64,000 bases of DNA, taken from contig CAWGHP010000010.1 in assembly GCA_963822465.1 (NCBI GenBank), forward strand, positions 284,149 through 348,148, written 5' to 3'. The translations under genes were made by a program, and so were the position numbers. Source of the stretch: an uncultured Gammaproteobacteria bacterium. Lineage in GTDB: Bacteria; Pseudomonadota; Gammaproteobacteria; Xanthomonadales; Rhodanobacteraceae. How positions within the stretch are numbered: the stretch's first letter is position 1; each line of letters begins with the position of its first letter. Below the pieces are notes generated by a model. It saw only the letters and a list, made by a program, of their open reading frames with translations. It was not told where the DNA came from and ran no database searches. This document shows, piece after piece, positions 10,650 through 19,287 of this stretch.

Positions 10650-11738
10650 TCAGGCGGCCGTCGCGATGGCCTGCTCGAGTTCGGCACGAATGATCGATTC
10701 ATCGATGCCGCCAACGATGTCGGCCGCGCCGAGTCCCGTCCACAGCACGAGACGCAACTGGCCGCTCACGGACTTCTTGTCCAGGCGCATGCGTTCCAGC
10801 AGCCGGTGCGCGGCGCAACCCGGGGGCAGGCCGGTCGGCAGGCCGAGTCGCTGCAGCAGCATCTCCAGGCGATCGGCATCGCTGGCCGGGGCGCGCCCGA
10901 GCCTGCTGGAAAGTCGCGCGGCGAGGAGCATGCCGATGGCGACGGCCTCGCCGTGCAACAGGCGGCCGTAACCCGCTTCGACCTCAAGCGCGTGGCCGAA
11001 GGTGTGGCCGAAGTTGAGCAGGGCGCGCTCGCCGGTCTCGCGCTCGTCACGCGCGACCACGCCGGCCTTGTGCCGGCAGCTCTGGGCGATTGCCTGTTCC
11101 AGCGCGCGTTCGTCGCGCGCCAGCAGGGCGTCGGCGTTGGCCTCGATCCAGGCAAAGAATGCCGCATCGCCGATGGCGCCGTACTTGAGTACCTCGGCGA
11201 GGCCGGCGATGTATTCGCGGCGCGGCAGGGTCGCCAGGGTGGCGATATCGATGAACACGGCGCGTGGCTGGTGGAAGGCGCCGACCAGGTTCTTGCCGGC
11301 AGGCAGGTTGACGCCAGTCTTGCCGCCGACCGAGGAATCGACCATGGCCAGCAGGGTGGTCGGCATCTGCACGAAATCGATGCCGCGCATCCAGCAGGCC
11401 GCGGCGAATCCGCCGAGGTCGCCGACCACGCCGCCACCCAGCGCGACCAGGGTGGCGTCGCGGCTGGCACCCAGCCGGGCCAGCGCGTCGAGCACGCGGG
11501 CCACGTTGTCGAAGGTCTTGTGCTGCTCGCCGTCCTCGAGGATGACCGTGGCGTGCTCGAGCCCGTGCAGTCCGGCGAGCACGCGATCGAGGTAGAGCGG
11601 CGCCACGACGGTGTTGCTGAGGACGAGGACATGCTTGCCGGCAATCGCCGGTCGCCATGTCGACGCGGCGTCGAGCACGCCGGAGCCGATGTCGATCGGA
11701 TAGCTGCGCGCGCCGAGTTCCACCTCGAGCCGGATCAT
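10650..11738 (-). CDS. aroB: 3-dehydroquinate synthase
   Basis: 362 aa with motifs GGGVVGDLGGFAAA, GKNLVGAFHQP and FGHTFGHALE. There is an ATGA overlap with aroK. Confidence 0.92.
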   Translation of the reverse strand: MIRLEVELGARSYPIDIGSGVLDAASTWRPAIAGKHVLVLSNTVVAPLYLDRVLAGLHGLEHATVILEDGEQHKTFDNVARVLDALARLGASRDATLVALGGGVVGDLGGFAAACWMRGIDFVQMPTTLLAMVDSSVGGKTGVNLPAGKNLVGAFHQPRAVFIDIATLATLPRREYIAGLAEVLKYGAIGDAAFFAWIEANADALLARDERALEQAIAQSCRHKAGVVARDERETGERALLNFGHTFGHALEVEAGYGRLLHGEAVAIGMLLAARLSSRLGRAPASDADRLEMLLQRLGLPTGLPPGCAAHRLLERMRLDKKSVSGQLRLVLWTGLGAADIVGGIDESIIRAELEQAIATAA

Positions 11739-12286
11739 GCGTGCGCTCCGCTGTCGTTCGCCTGCCAGTGGTGCATGACCTGCGCGCCGACCTGGCGCGC
11801 CATGGCGCTGCTGCTGCCGGCGCCCGATGCGGGCACGCGCAGGTCGGCGATTTCGGCATACAGGGGATTGCGCACCCGGGCGAGGTTCAGCAGTTGTTCG
11901 CGGCGGTCGCCGACGCTCAGCAGGGGCCGCTTGCGATCCGCATGCAGTCGATGCAGCTGCGTGTCGACATCGGCATCGAGCCAGATCACGAAACCGTTGC
12001 TGCGCAGCAGCTCGCGATTGCCTGCATCGAGCACGGCGCCGCCACCGGTCGAAAGGACGATGCCGCGCCGCTGGACGAGTTCCGCAAGCAGGGCGCTTTC
12101 GCGTTTGCGGAATCCGGCTTCGCCTTCGATCTCGAAGGTCAGTGCGATGCTCACGCCCGTGCGTTCCTCGAAAGCGAGGTCCAGGTCGAGGAACGGCAAT
12201 CCCAGCTGCGCAGCCAGGCGGCGCCCGATCGACGTCTTGCCCGCGCCCATCGGACCGACAAGGAACAGGTTGGGAGCAGGGTTCAT
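11735..12286 (-). CDS. aroK: shikimate kinase
   Basis: Last 183 codons of ORF 11735..12733, with ATG at 12286. Walker A is LVGPMGAGKTSIGRRLA; STGGGAV is also present. Confidence 0.9.
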   Translation of the reverse strand: MNPAPNLFLVGPMGAGKTSIGRRLAAQLGLPFLDLDLAFEERTGVSIALTFEIEGEAGFRKRESALLAELVQRRGIVLSTGGGAVLDAGNRELLRSNGFVIWLDADVDTQLHRLHADRKRPLLSVGDRREQLLNLARVRNPLYAEIADLRVPASGAGSSSAMARQVGAQVMHHWQANDSGAHA

Positions 12287-12356
12287 GGTGCGGATGCTAG
12301 CAGCCTGGATTGCCGCTTGGGCTACACTGTGCGTTCTTGTCCGATCAATTTCGCCC

Positions 12357-12884
12357 ATGTTGCGTTTCATTCTCGTGTTCATGCTGCTGCTCGTCGTCCT
12401 CTTCATCGCCGAGCTGACCCCATTCGTCGAGCGCCACGTCATCGTCCCGTTCACGACGATCCTGGCCGACATTTGCGCGTGGATCATCCATCTTTTCGAC
12501 GGCAGCACGGTTTCCCGCGGCAAGCTGATCCAGAACGCCACCGGCACCTTCATCGTGTCGATCGAGCGCGGCTGCAACGGCATCGAGGCGGTGATCATCC
12601 TGATTTCGGCCATCCTCGCGTTTCCGGCGCCATGGAAGCATCGACTGGCCGGCCTGTTCCTCGGCTTCTTCGCCATCCAGCTGCTCAATCTGGTGCGTAT
12701 CGTCAGCCTGTTTTTCCTCGGTCTCTGGAGCAAGGTCTGGTTCGAGTGGTTCCACCTGTACCTGTGGCAGGCGCTGATCGTGATCGATGCGCTGATCGTG
12801 TTCCTGGTATGGCTGCGTTACATTCCGAGGGTCCCGCGGGATTCCGGGCCGGGGTCTCCCGCGATGCCGACGCCGGCGGCCTGA
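12357..12884 (+). CDS. xrtH: minimal exosortase, exosortase H (XrtH)-like
   Basis: Last 175 codons of ORF 10806..12884, with ATG at 12357. It is a polytopic membrane protein. Exosortase signature residues are Cys in ERGCNGIEA, Arg in NLVRIVSLF and His in WFHLYLWQ. Confidence 0.65.
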   Translation: MLRFILVFMLLLVVLFIAELTPFVERHVIVPFTTILADICAWIIHLFDGSTVSRGKLIQNATGTFIVSIERGCNGIEAVIILISAILAFPAPWKHRLAGLFLGFFAIQLLNLVRIVSLFFLGLWSKVWFEWFHLYLWQALIVIDALIVFLVWLRYIPRVPRDSGPGSPAMPTPAA

Positions 12885-12944
12885 GTCCGCGGCGCGCAGG
12901 CTTTGCTATAGTGCAAGTACGCGTTTTGCAAGGGAGTTTGTGCA

Positions 12945-13148
12945 ATGTCTGTAGCCAAGGTCATCGAATTCAGCAGTTCCTCGAAAAAAGGCGTCGAAGA
13001 CGCCGTGCAGAGCGGCCTGAAGAAAGTCGCCGAGACGGTGAAAAACATCCAGGGCGCGTGGGTCAGCGAAACCAAGGTCATCACCGACAAGTCCGGAAAC
13101 ATCAAGGAATGGCGGGTCAACCTGCGCATCACCTTCGTTGTCGAATAG
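12945..13148 (+). CDS. dodecin family (flavin-binding) protein
   Basis: 67 aa: MSVAKVIEFSSSSKKGVEDAVQSGLKKVAETVKNIQGAWVSETKVI...WRVNLRITFVVE, the typical dodecin length and pattern. Confidence 0.8.
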   Translation: MSVAKVIEFSSSSKKGVEDAVQSGLKKVAETVKNIQGAWVSETKVITDKSGNIKEWRVNLRITFVVE

Positions 13149-13202
13149 GCGGTTGGGCGCGGTAACTGAATCGGCGCCATGGGCGCCGAAAGGCTTGTAC
13201 CG

Positions 13203-13901
13203 ATGAGCAAGCTCGATCCGGTGATCGGATTCCTCGAAGATGATACGGACCAGGCCGACCTGATCCTGCACTGGCTCGAACAGGCCGGCTACCGTACGCG
13301 CATGTTCGCCTCGGCCGCGGAGTTCCGGCGTCGCCAGGGTGCCGAGGCCATCGACCTGCTCCTGCTCGACTGGATGCTGCCGGATGCCAGCGGACCCGAG
13401 GTGGCCGACTGGATCCGTTCCTCGGCCAATGCCAATTTGCCGATCATCTTCCTGACCGTGCGCGGCAGCGAAGCCGATGTCGTGCGCGGACTCAATGCCG
13501 GCGGCGATGACTACGTCATCAAGCCCGCCAAGCAGCAGGAGCTGATCGCGCGCGTGGGCGCCGTGCTGCGCCGGCTCGGCCTCGAAGGGGGCGATGGCGA
13601 AAGCTTCGAGGTGGCGCCCTACACGGTGGACCCGAGGCGCCAGCGCATCAGCGTCGGCGAACAGTCCATCGATCTGACGCCGCGAGAATTCGAACTGGCG
13701 TCGTTCCTGTTCCGCCGCCATGGGCGCATCGTCAGCCGCGATGCCCTGCTCGAGAACGTCTGGAACATGAATGCGTCCGTATCCACGCGAACGGTCGATA
13801 CCCATGTCAGCCGATTGCGCAAGAAACTCGAACTCAATGGCGAACACGGCTGGCGCCTGTCGGCCGTCTACCAGCATGGCTACCGCCTCGAGCAGACTTG
13901 A
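13203..13901 (+). CDS. OmpR/PhoB-family response regulator
   Basis: ORF 13179..13901 (start at 13179 or 13203). Receiver is IGFLEDD...LLLLDWMLPDASG...KP. The winged helix is LTPREFELASFLFRRHGRIVSRDALL...VDTHVSRLRKKL...GYRL. Confidence 0.9.
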   Translation: MSKLDPVIGFLEDDTDQADLILHWLEQAGYRTRMFASAAEFRRRQGAEAIDLLLLDWMLPDASGPEVADWIRSSANANLPIIFLTVRGSEADVVRGLNAGGDDYVIKPAKQQELIARVGAVLRRLGLEGGDGESFEVAPYTVDPRRQRISVGEQSIDLTPREFELASFLFRRHGRIVSRDALLENVWNMNASVSTRTVDTHVSRLRKKLELNGEHGWRLSAVYQHGYRLEQT

Positions 13902-13951
13902 AGTACGCGCGATTCGACGCGCTGGATTGATACCGAAGAGGGGAAATCCGC

Positions 13952-14608
13952 ATGGCAGCAGCAGGCAAGTCAGGACGGAAAAAGGCCGGATCACGTTCCG
14001 CTTCGCATAAACTGGTCGCCGCAGCCAAGCGAACCCAGCCGAAAGCAAGGAACAGAACCATGTCCGAGCCGAAGAAACCCGCAGCCGATGCGGACGCAGA
14101 GCGCAATGTCGACCAGATCCGCGACATCCTTTTCGGCGGCCAGATGCGCGACTACGAGCGCCGCTTCCAGGAACTGGGCCAACGCCTCGAAGCCGAAATG
14201 GGACGCCTGCGCGAAAGCCAGGACAAGCGAATGGCGCAGATGGACAAGCGCATCGACGAGCAGTTCGAAAAGGCAGGCAAGCAATTGCGCCAGGAAATCA
14301 GCGATCGCAACCAGGCGGTCGATGACCTCGAAACACGCATGCAGCAGGCCGCGCGCACCGCGCGTACCGAAATCAACAAGGCGCTCGAAGGGCTCGGCGG
14401 CGAGTTGGGCGCGGTCGATGAACGCTTGCGCGATGCACTGGCCGAACTCGGTTCCGCGCTCAACGAACGCGCCAGCGAAGCGGCCGCGTCGATTTCTCGC
14501 GCGAGCGCCGAGCTGCGCGCCGAGAAAGTCGGCCGCGAAGACATGTCCGCGTTGCTGACCGAGCTGGCGCTGCGCCTGAAGGGCGATTTCGAACTGCCTT
14601 CAAACTGA
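13952..14608 (+). CDS. coiled-coil protein of unknown function
   Basis: ORF with GAGGGG 8 nt upstream of ATG 13952 (alternative start at 14060). It has a basic N-tail followed by continuous heptad-like E/R/Q/L-rich helices. No TM or catalytic motif is seen. Confidence 0.6.
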   Translation: MAAAGKSGRKKAGSRSASHKLVAAAKRTQPKARNRTMSEPKKPAADADAERNVDQIRDILFGGQMRDYERRFQELGQRLEAEMGRLRESQDKRMAQMDKRIDEQFEKAGKQLRQEISDRNQAVDDLETRMQQAARTARTEINKALEGLGGELGAVDERLRDALAELGSALNERASEAAASISRASAELRAEKVGREDMSALLTELALRLKGDFELPSN

Positions 14609-14630
14609 CCGGCCGGGCCGTACCGCCGCC

Positions 14631-16373
14631 ATGAGCGACCTCGACCGGCTCAAGCAACTCCTGCTTGCCGAAGAGCGCGACGCCCTGGCACGCGCGCAGC
14701 AACGGCTCGACCAGCTGGAGCAGAAGAACCGCGAGCTCGCCGCGATCCTGCCTGCGCTGGTGCGCGCGGCGCCGCAGGAGCCGATGACCCGCGCGCTGGC
14801 CAGCCCGGTCGCCGCTGCATTGGGCAGCGCGGTGCGCGACAACCGCAGCAGCATCGTCGATGCCCTGTTCCCGGTGATCGGCCCGATCATCCGCAAGGCC
14901 ATCGCCGAGGCCCTGCGCGGACTGATGAGCGACCTCAACCGCGTCGTCGAACACGGCTTCAGCCCGCGCGGCATCCGCTGGCGCATCGAGGCCTGGCGCA
15001 GTGGCGTGCCGTTCGCGCAGATCGTCCTCAGGCACACCTTGCGCTACAGCATCGACCACCTGTTCCTGATCGAGCGCGATTCGGGCCTTGTCCTGCATCG
15101 CGAGTCGGCGCCGGGCCTGCCCGATCTCGATGCGGATGCAATAGCAGGCATGCTCACCGCGATTGGCCAGTTCGTGCGCGACTCGGTCGGCCGCGAGGGC
15201 GAAGGTTCGCTCGAAGCCGCACGCGTCGGCGAGCACCTGCTGTGGGTGCTCGACGGTCCGCGCGCTTCGCTGGCCTGTTTCATATCCGGCGTGCCGCAGG
15301 AATCGCTGCGTGGAATCCTCAGCGATCGCCTTGAGCAGATCCATGCGCAATGGCCGGATGCGGTCGACGCTGGCGGGCCGGCGGCACCAGCCGGGCTGGA
15401 CTGGCAGGCGGCGCTGGATCCGGTGGAACTGGTAGCCGCGAGTGCGGCCATGGCCGGCGATGCGGAGCCGGCTGCTGCGGGCGGCACGCGCTGGCCGCTG
15501 CTGATCATCCTGGTGCTCCTGCTTGGCGCGGTCGGCTGGTATTTCGTGCGCAACGAGCGTTGGCAATCGCGGGTTGAAAGCGTGCGCAGCACGCTGGCCG
15601 CGCAGCCTGGCTTCCTGTTGACCGGGATCGACTCCGAGCCCTGGAAGTCCCTGGTCATCCACGGCGTCCTCGATTCCGATGCCGAACCCTTGCAGCCGCT
15701 GCTGGCTGCGGCTGATCTCGGCGACGTGCAGCCGCAATGGGAGCTCAAGGGCTATCTGTCGAGCGCCGACCCGATCCTCGAAAAGCGCGCCCGACGCCTG
15801 CTCGATCCGCCTGCGAGCGTGAGTCTGGCCGTGCGCCAGGGCGTCCTCACCCTGCAGGGCAGCGCGGACGCCGAATGGATCCGCACGGCTCGCGAACGCG
15901 CGGCCTGGATTGCCGGCGTGCGCGATGTCGACTGGCAGGTTGCCGCGCCAGCCGCGAGCGGGCCGGACCCGGATGCGCTGGCCAGGGCAGCCGCGCACGC
16001 GAAACTGGTGGCGCTGGCCGATGAGCTGGCCCGGGCAAGGGTGATCTTCGTCGACGACAGCCAGCCGAGTGCCGAGGGCCTGGCGCAACTCGCGCGCATT
16101 GCCGCCGACCTGCAACAGGCCGGGACGCTGGCGCGGGAGGCGCGGGCCAGCCTGCGCCTGCACATCCTCGGTCATACCGACGCCACCGGCAGCGCCGAAA
16201 CCAACCGCCGCCTGCGCGCCGAACGCGCCGCATGGCTTCGCGATAGACTGGGTGAATCAGGGGTCCCGGCCGACTGGCTGCGGAATGCGCAAATGGGCGA
16301 GGACGTGCAGGACGACGACTCGGAATTTCGCGGCGCGAGTCTGCGCCTGGTCATCGCGGCGAACGAGCCATGA
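14631..16373 (+). CDS. membrane protein: N-terminal coiled coil, Roadblock/LC7-like region, one TM, C-terminal OmpA-like peptidoglycan-binding domain
   Basis: 580 aa. TM is WPLLIILVLLLGAVGWYFV. OmpA_C-like motif is LHILGHTDATGSAETNRRLRAERAAWLRDRL. The Roadblock-like assignment (YSIDHLFLIERDSGLVLHRES...DADAIAGMLTAIGQFVRDS...LLWVLDGPRASLACFISG) is pattern-based only. Confidence 0.75.
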   Translation: MSDLDRLKQLLLAEERDALARAQQRLDQLEQKNRELAAILPALVRAAPQEPMTRALASPVAAALGSAVRDNRSSIVDALFPVIGPIIRKAIAEALRGLMSDLNRVVEHGFSPRGIRWRIEAWRSGVPFAQIVLRHTLRYSIDHLFLIERDSGLVLHRESAPGLPDLDADAIAGMLTAIGQFVRDSVGREGEGSLEAARVGEHLLWVLDGPRASLACFISGVPQESLRGILSDRLEQIHAQWPDAVDAGGPAAPAGLDWQAALDPVELVAASAAMAGDAEPAAAGGTRWPLLIILVLLLGAVGWYFVRNERWQSRVESVRSTLAAQPGFLLTGIDSEPWKSLVIHGVLDSDAEPLQPLLAAADLGDVQPQWELKGYLSSADPILEKRARRLLDPPASVSLAVRQGVLTLQGSADAEWIRTARERAAWIAGVRDVDWQVAAPAASGPDPDALARAAAHAKLVALADELARARVIFVDDSQPSAEGLAQLARIAADLQQAGTLAREARASLRLHILGHTDATGSAETNRRLRAERAAWLRDRLGESGVPADWLRNAQMGEDVQDDDSEFRGASLRLVIAANEP

Positions 16374-16870
16374 CGCCGCGTGCGCACAAGATCTGCATGC
16401 TCGGCGATTTCGGCGTGGGCAAGACCAGCCTCGTCTCGCGCTTCGTGCGCAATACGTTCTCCGACAAATACCTGACCACCGTTGGCGTCAAGGTCGACAG
16501 CAAGGAAGTCAATTGCGGCGACGCCGGAACGGTCAAGCTCGTGGTCTGGGACATCGCCGGCAATAGCATCCTCGATGCACTCAACATGAGTTACCTGCGT
16601 GGCGCCAGCGGATTGCTGCTGGTCGCCGATGGCACCCGCGAATCGACGATGCGTGCGGCGATCGACCTGCTGCTGCAGTCGCGCAGCCTGCTTCCGGAAG
16701 CCCGGGCCGTCCTGCTCGTCAACAAGCTCGACCTCGTCGAACGCTGGGAAGTTGCTGCGTCGACCCTGGTGGAATTGCGCAAGACGCTGCCGGTCATCGA
16801 GACCAGCGCCCTCTCCGGTACCGGCGTGGAGGAGGCCTTCGTCGAACTGGCGCGGAGGGTGGGCGAATGA
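16370..16870 (+). CDS. Ras/Rab-like small GTPase
   Basis: 166 aa. G1 is GDFGVGKTS, G3 is WDIAG, G4 is NKLD and G5 is ETSAL, followed by GTGVEEAFVELARRV as in Ras. ATGA overlaps occur at both ends (16370-16373 and 16867-16870). Confidence 0.88.
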   Translation: MTPRAHKICMLGDFGVGKTSLVSRFVRNTFSDKYLTTVGVKVDSKEVNCGDAGTVKLVVWDIAGNSILDALNMSYLRGASGLLLVADGTRESTMRAAIDLLLQSRSLLPEARAVLLVNKLDLVERWEVAASTLVELRKTLPVIETSALSGTGVEEAFVELARRVGE

Positions 16871-18429
16871 ACGAAGCGCTCGACCTCGCCGACTTCTCGC
16901 CCGAAGTGGAACGCGAGATCGCGCGCTTCCTGTTCAAGCGCGCACAACCGCTGCTGCTCGAATTCGACGCGGCCTGGCACCTGGTCAACCTGCAGGGCGA
17001 TGCGTCGCGCTTCGGCTTCGACGTCGACAATGCGCAGGCCGGCGCACGCCAGTTGCAGGACCTGTTCCTCGGCATGGTGCTGGACGAAGCCATCGACCTG
17101 CCGTTCGTGCAGATGCCGAACGGTCGCAGCGTGCACGTGCACCTGATGGTCGTCGACGGCGGCTACCAGGTGCTCCTGCTCGATGCACAGGGTGAGCACG
17201 ACCGCCAGCAGGCCCAGCAGCAATCGGGCAACGAGGCGACCCTAATCGGCTACCAGAAGAGCAAGGCGATCGCGCAGCTGCGCCAGATCCGCAGCGAGCT
17301 CGAGCAGCAGCGCAGTCGCCTGCAGGAAGCGAATGCACTGAAGAACGCGCTGATCGCGACGCTCAGCCACGACTTCCGCACGCCACTGACTTCGGTCTTC
17401 GGTTATCTCCACCTGCTCGAGAAGCAGGTAAACGGCGATGACGAGGTAAGGCATTCGCTGCGCGCGCTGAAACGCAATGCGCATTTTCTCTTCACCCTGG
17501 CGGAAAACCTCCTCGAGTACGCGCGCAGCGACAGCCGCTCGAGCCTGCTCGCCCCGGTCGCCACCGACCTGCACGCCATGGCCGACGACATGGATGGCAT
17601 GTTCCGGCCACTGGCCACCGAGCGGAAGCTGAACTTCGACATCCGCGTCGACGTTCCTGCCGGGCAACAACCCGTGCTCGACGAGATGCGCGTGCGCCAG
17701 ATCCTCGTCAACCTGCTTTCGAACGCGGTGCGCTATACCGCCGAAGGCGGCGTCAGCGCGCGCCTGGAGTGGAAGGACGACGCCCTCATCATCGAGGTCA
17801 GGGACACCGGCATCGGCATCGCCGAGGAATTCCGCGAACAGGTCTTCGTGGCGTTCAATCGTACCGGCCAGGCGGCTGGCAGCGGCGCCGGCCTCGGCCT
17901 CAGCATCGTCAAGCGCCTCGTCGACCAGATGCACGGCACGCTCGAGCTGCAGTCCAGGCTAGGCGCGGGTTCGCGCTTCCGCATCGTCCTGCCGAGCCTG
18001 GCGACGATGCGCGACCAGGAACGCGCGGCCGGAATGCCGGAGGCCGCCGCGGCCCGCGTCGACGGCGTGCACCGGGTGCTCGTGGTCGACGATGATCCGG
18101 ACATCACCCACCTGCTCGAGGTGCTGCTCGGCGATCTTGGCTTCCACGTGCGCAGCGTCGGCGATGCCACGAAGGCGGTCGAGCAGGCCATGGCCGATCC
18201 GCCCGACGTGCTCGTCGTCGATGTCGAACTGCCAGGCCTCTCGGGCAATACCGCGGTATTCCGCCTGCGTGCCAAGGGCTATCGCGGGCACATCATCACG
18301 CTCTCGGCGACACCCACAGAGGAAGCGCGGCTGGTTGCGCTGAATGCCGGCGCCAACCAGTACCTGACCAAGCCGATCAACGTCGAGCAGCTTGCGCGCG
18401 CGATGCAGCGCGCCGTCGCAGCACCCTGA
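16867..18429 (+). CDS. cytoplasmic hybrid histidine kinase/response regulator
   Basis: 520 aa with no TM. H-box is LSHDFRTPLTS. ATPase boxes are NLLSNAVRYT, DTGIGI and GAGLGLS. Receiver is VLVVDDDPDI...VLVVDVELPGLSG...KP. About 150 N-terminal residues are unassigned. Confidence 0.9.
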   Translation: MNEALDLADFSPEVEREIARFLFKRAQPLLLEFDAAWHLVNLQGDASRFGFDVDNAQAGARQLQDLFLGMVLDEAIDLPFVQMPNGRSVHVHLMVVDGGYQVLLLDAQGEHDRQQAQQQSGNEATLIGYQKSKAIAQLRQIRSELEQQRSRLQEANALKNALIATLSHDFRTPLTSVFGYLHLLEKQVNGDDEVRHSLRALKRNAHFLFTLAENLLEYARSDSRSSLLAPVATDLHAMADDMDGMFRPLATERKLNFDIRVDVPAGQQPVLDEMRVRQILVNLLSNAVRYTAEGGVSARLEWKDDALIIEVRDTGIGIAEEFREQVFVAFNRTGQAAGSGAGLGLSIVKRLVDQMHGTLELQSRLGAGSRFRIVLPSLATMRDQERAAGMPEAAAARVDGVHRVLVVDDDPDITHLLEVLLGDLGFHVRSVGDATKAVEQAMADPPDVLVVDVELPGLSGNTAVFRLRAKGYRGHIITLSATPTEEARLVALNAGANQYLTKPINVEQLARAMQRAVAAP

Positions 18430-19287
18430 TCAACCCCGCGCGCGATGGCGGCGCGCAATCACAGCACGCGCGGCGTCGAGTTCGAGGACGAGATCGGCCT
18501 GGCCCGGCAGCGTCGCCAGCGCATGCCGGCTCAGGCGTTCGCTGAACTGGATGAAGCGACGGATGCCCTGGCGCGACATCGCGCGCGCGGCGCCGCGACG
18601 GCGCAGGGCGCGCTCCTGCTGGTCGCGCCAGCGCTCGACGACCTCGAAGCAGGGCGCCTGCAACACGAGCAGGCGATCGATGCGTCGCCAAAGGCGCGCG
18701 TAGGCGCCGGCCAGCTGCGCATTGACGAAGGTTCGCCAGCGGCCATCCGCATCCTCGTCGCGCTCGAGCCGGTTGACCGGCTCGGGCAAGGCTGCCGCCT
18801 GCTCGGCCTTGAGCGCGACGCACCAGCCTTCGAGCACGATCCACTGCGGCGGCCGCGTGACGCGGCGCCAGCGCGACGGCGGCAGGCGCGTGTCGCGTCC
18901 CTTGTCGAAGCGCGGCAGGCGCGCCGGCGTGGCCGGATCCGCCCGCAGCAGCGCGGCCAGCGTGCTTTCCAGCAGGGCGATGTCGTGCGTGCCCGGCACG
19001 CCGCGCACGGCCAGCAACGGATGGACCTCGCGCGCAAGCGTGTTGCGCTGGCGCCGGCCGTAGTAGAAGTCATCGATCGACAGGGCCAGCGCTGAAATGC
19101 CGCAGCGACGCGCGGCGGCCACCAGTTGCGCAGCCAGCGTGCTCTTGCCGCTGCCCTGCAACGCCGAGAGGCCGACCAGCAGCGGCTTGCGGCGCCGCGC
19201 GGACACGGCGCGCAGATGGCCGACCGCCTCGTCGACGACATCGAGGGCAAAGCCGTGCTGCGTGCTAGCATTTCGTCCCATGAACAA
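18430..19287 (-). CDS. P-loop kinase, D-glycerate 3-kinase-like family
   Basis: 285 aa. Walker A is GLSALQGSGKSTLA, followed by SIDDFYY and RGVPGTHD, as in GLYK/YFH7-type kinases. Confidence 0.6.
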   Translation of the reverse strand: MFMGRNASTQHGFALDVVDEAVGHLRAVSARRRKPLLVGLSALQGSGKSTLAAQLVAAARRCGISALALSIDDFYYGRRQRNTLAREVHPLLAVRGVPGTHDIALLESTLAALLRADPATPARLPRFDKGRDTRLPPSRWRRVTRPPQWIVLEGWCVALKAEQAAALPEPVNRLERDEDADGRWRTFVNAQLAGAYARLWRRIDRLLVLQAPCFEVVERWRDQQERALRRRGAARAMSRQGIRRFIQFSERLSRHALATLPGQADLVLELDAARAVIARRHRARG

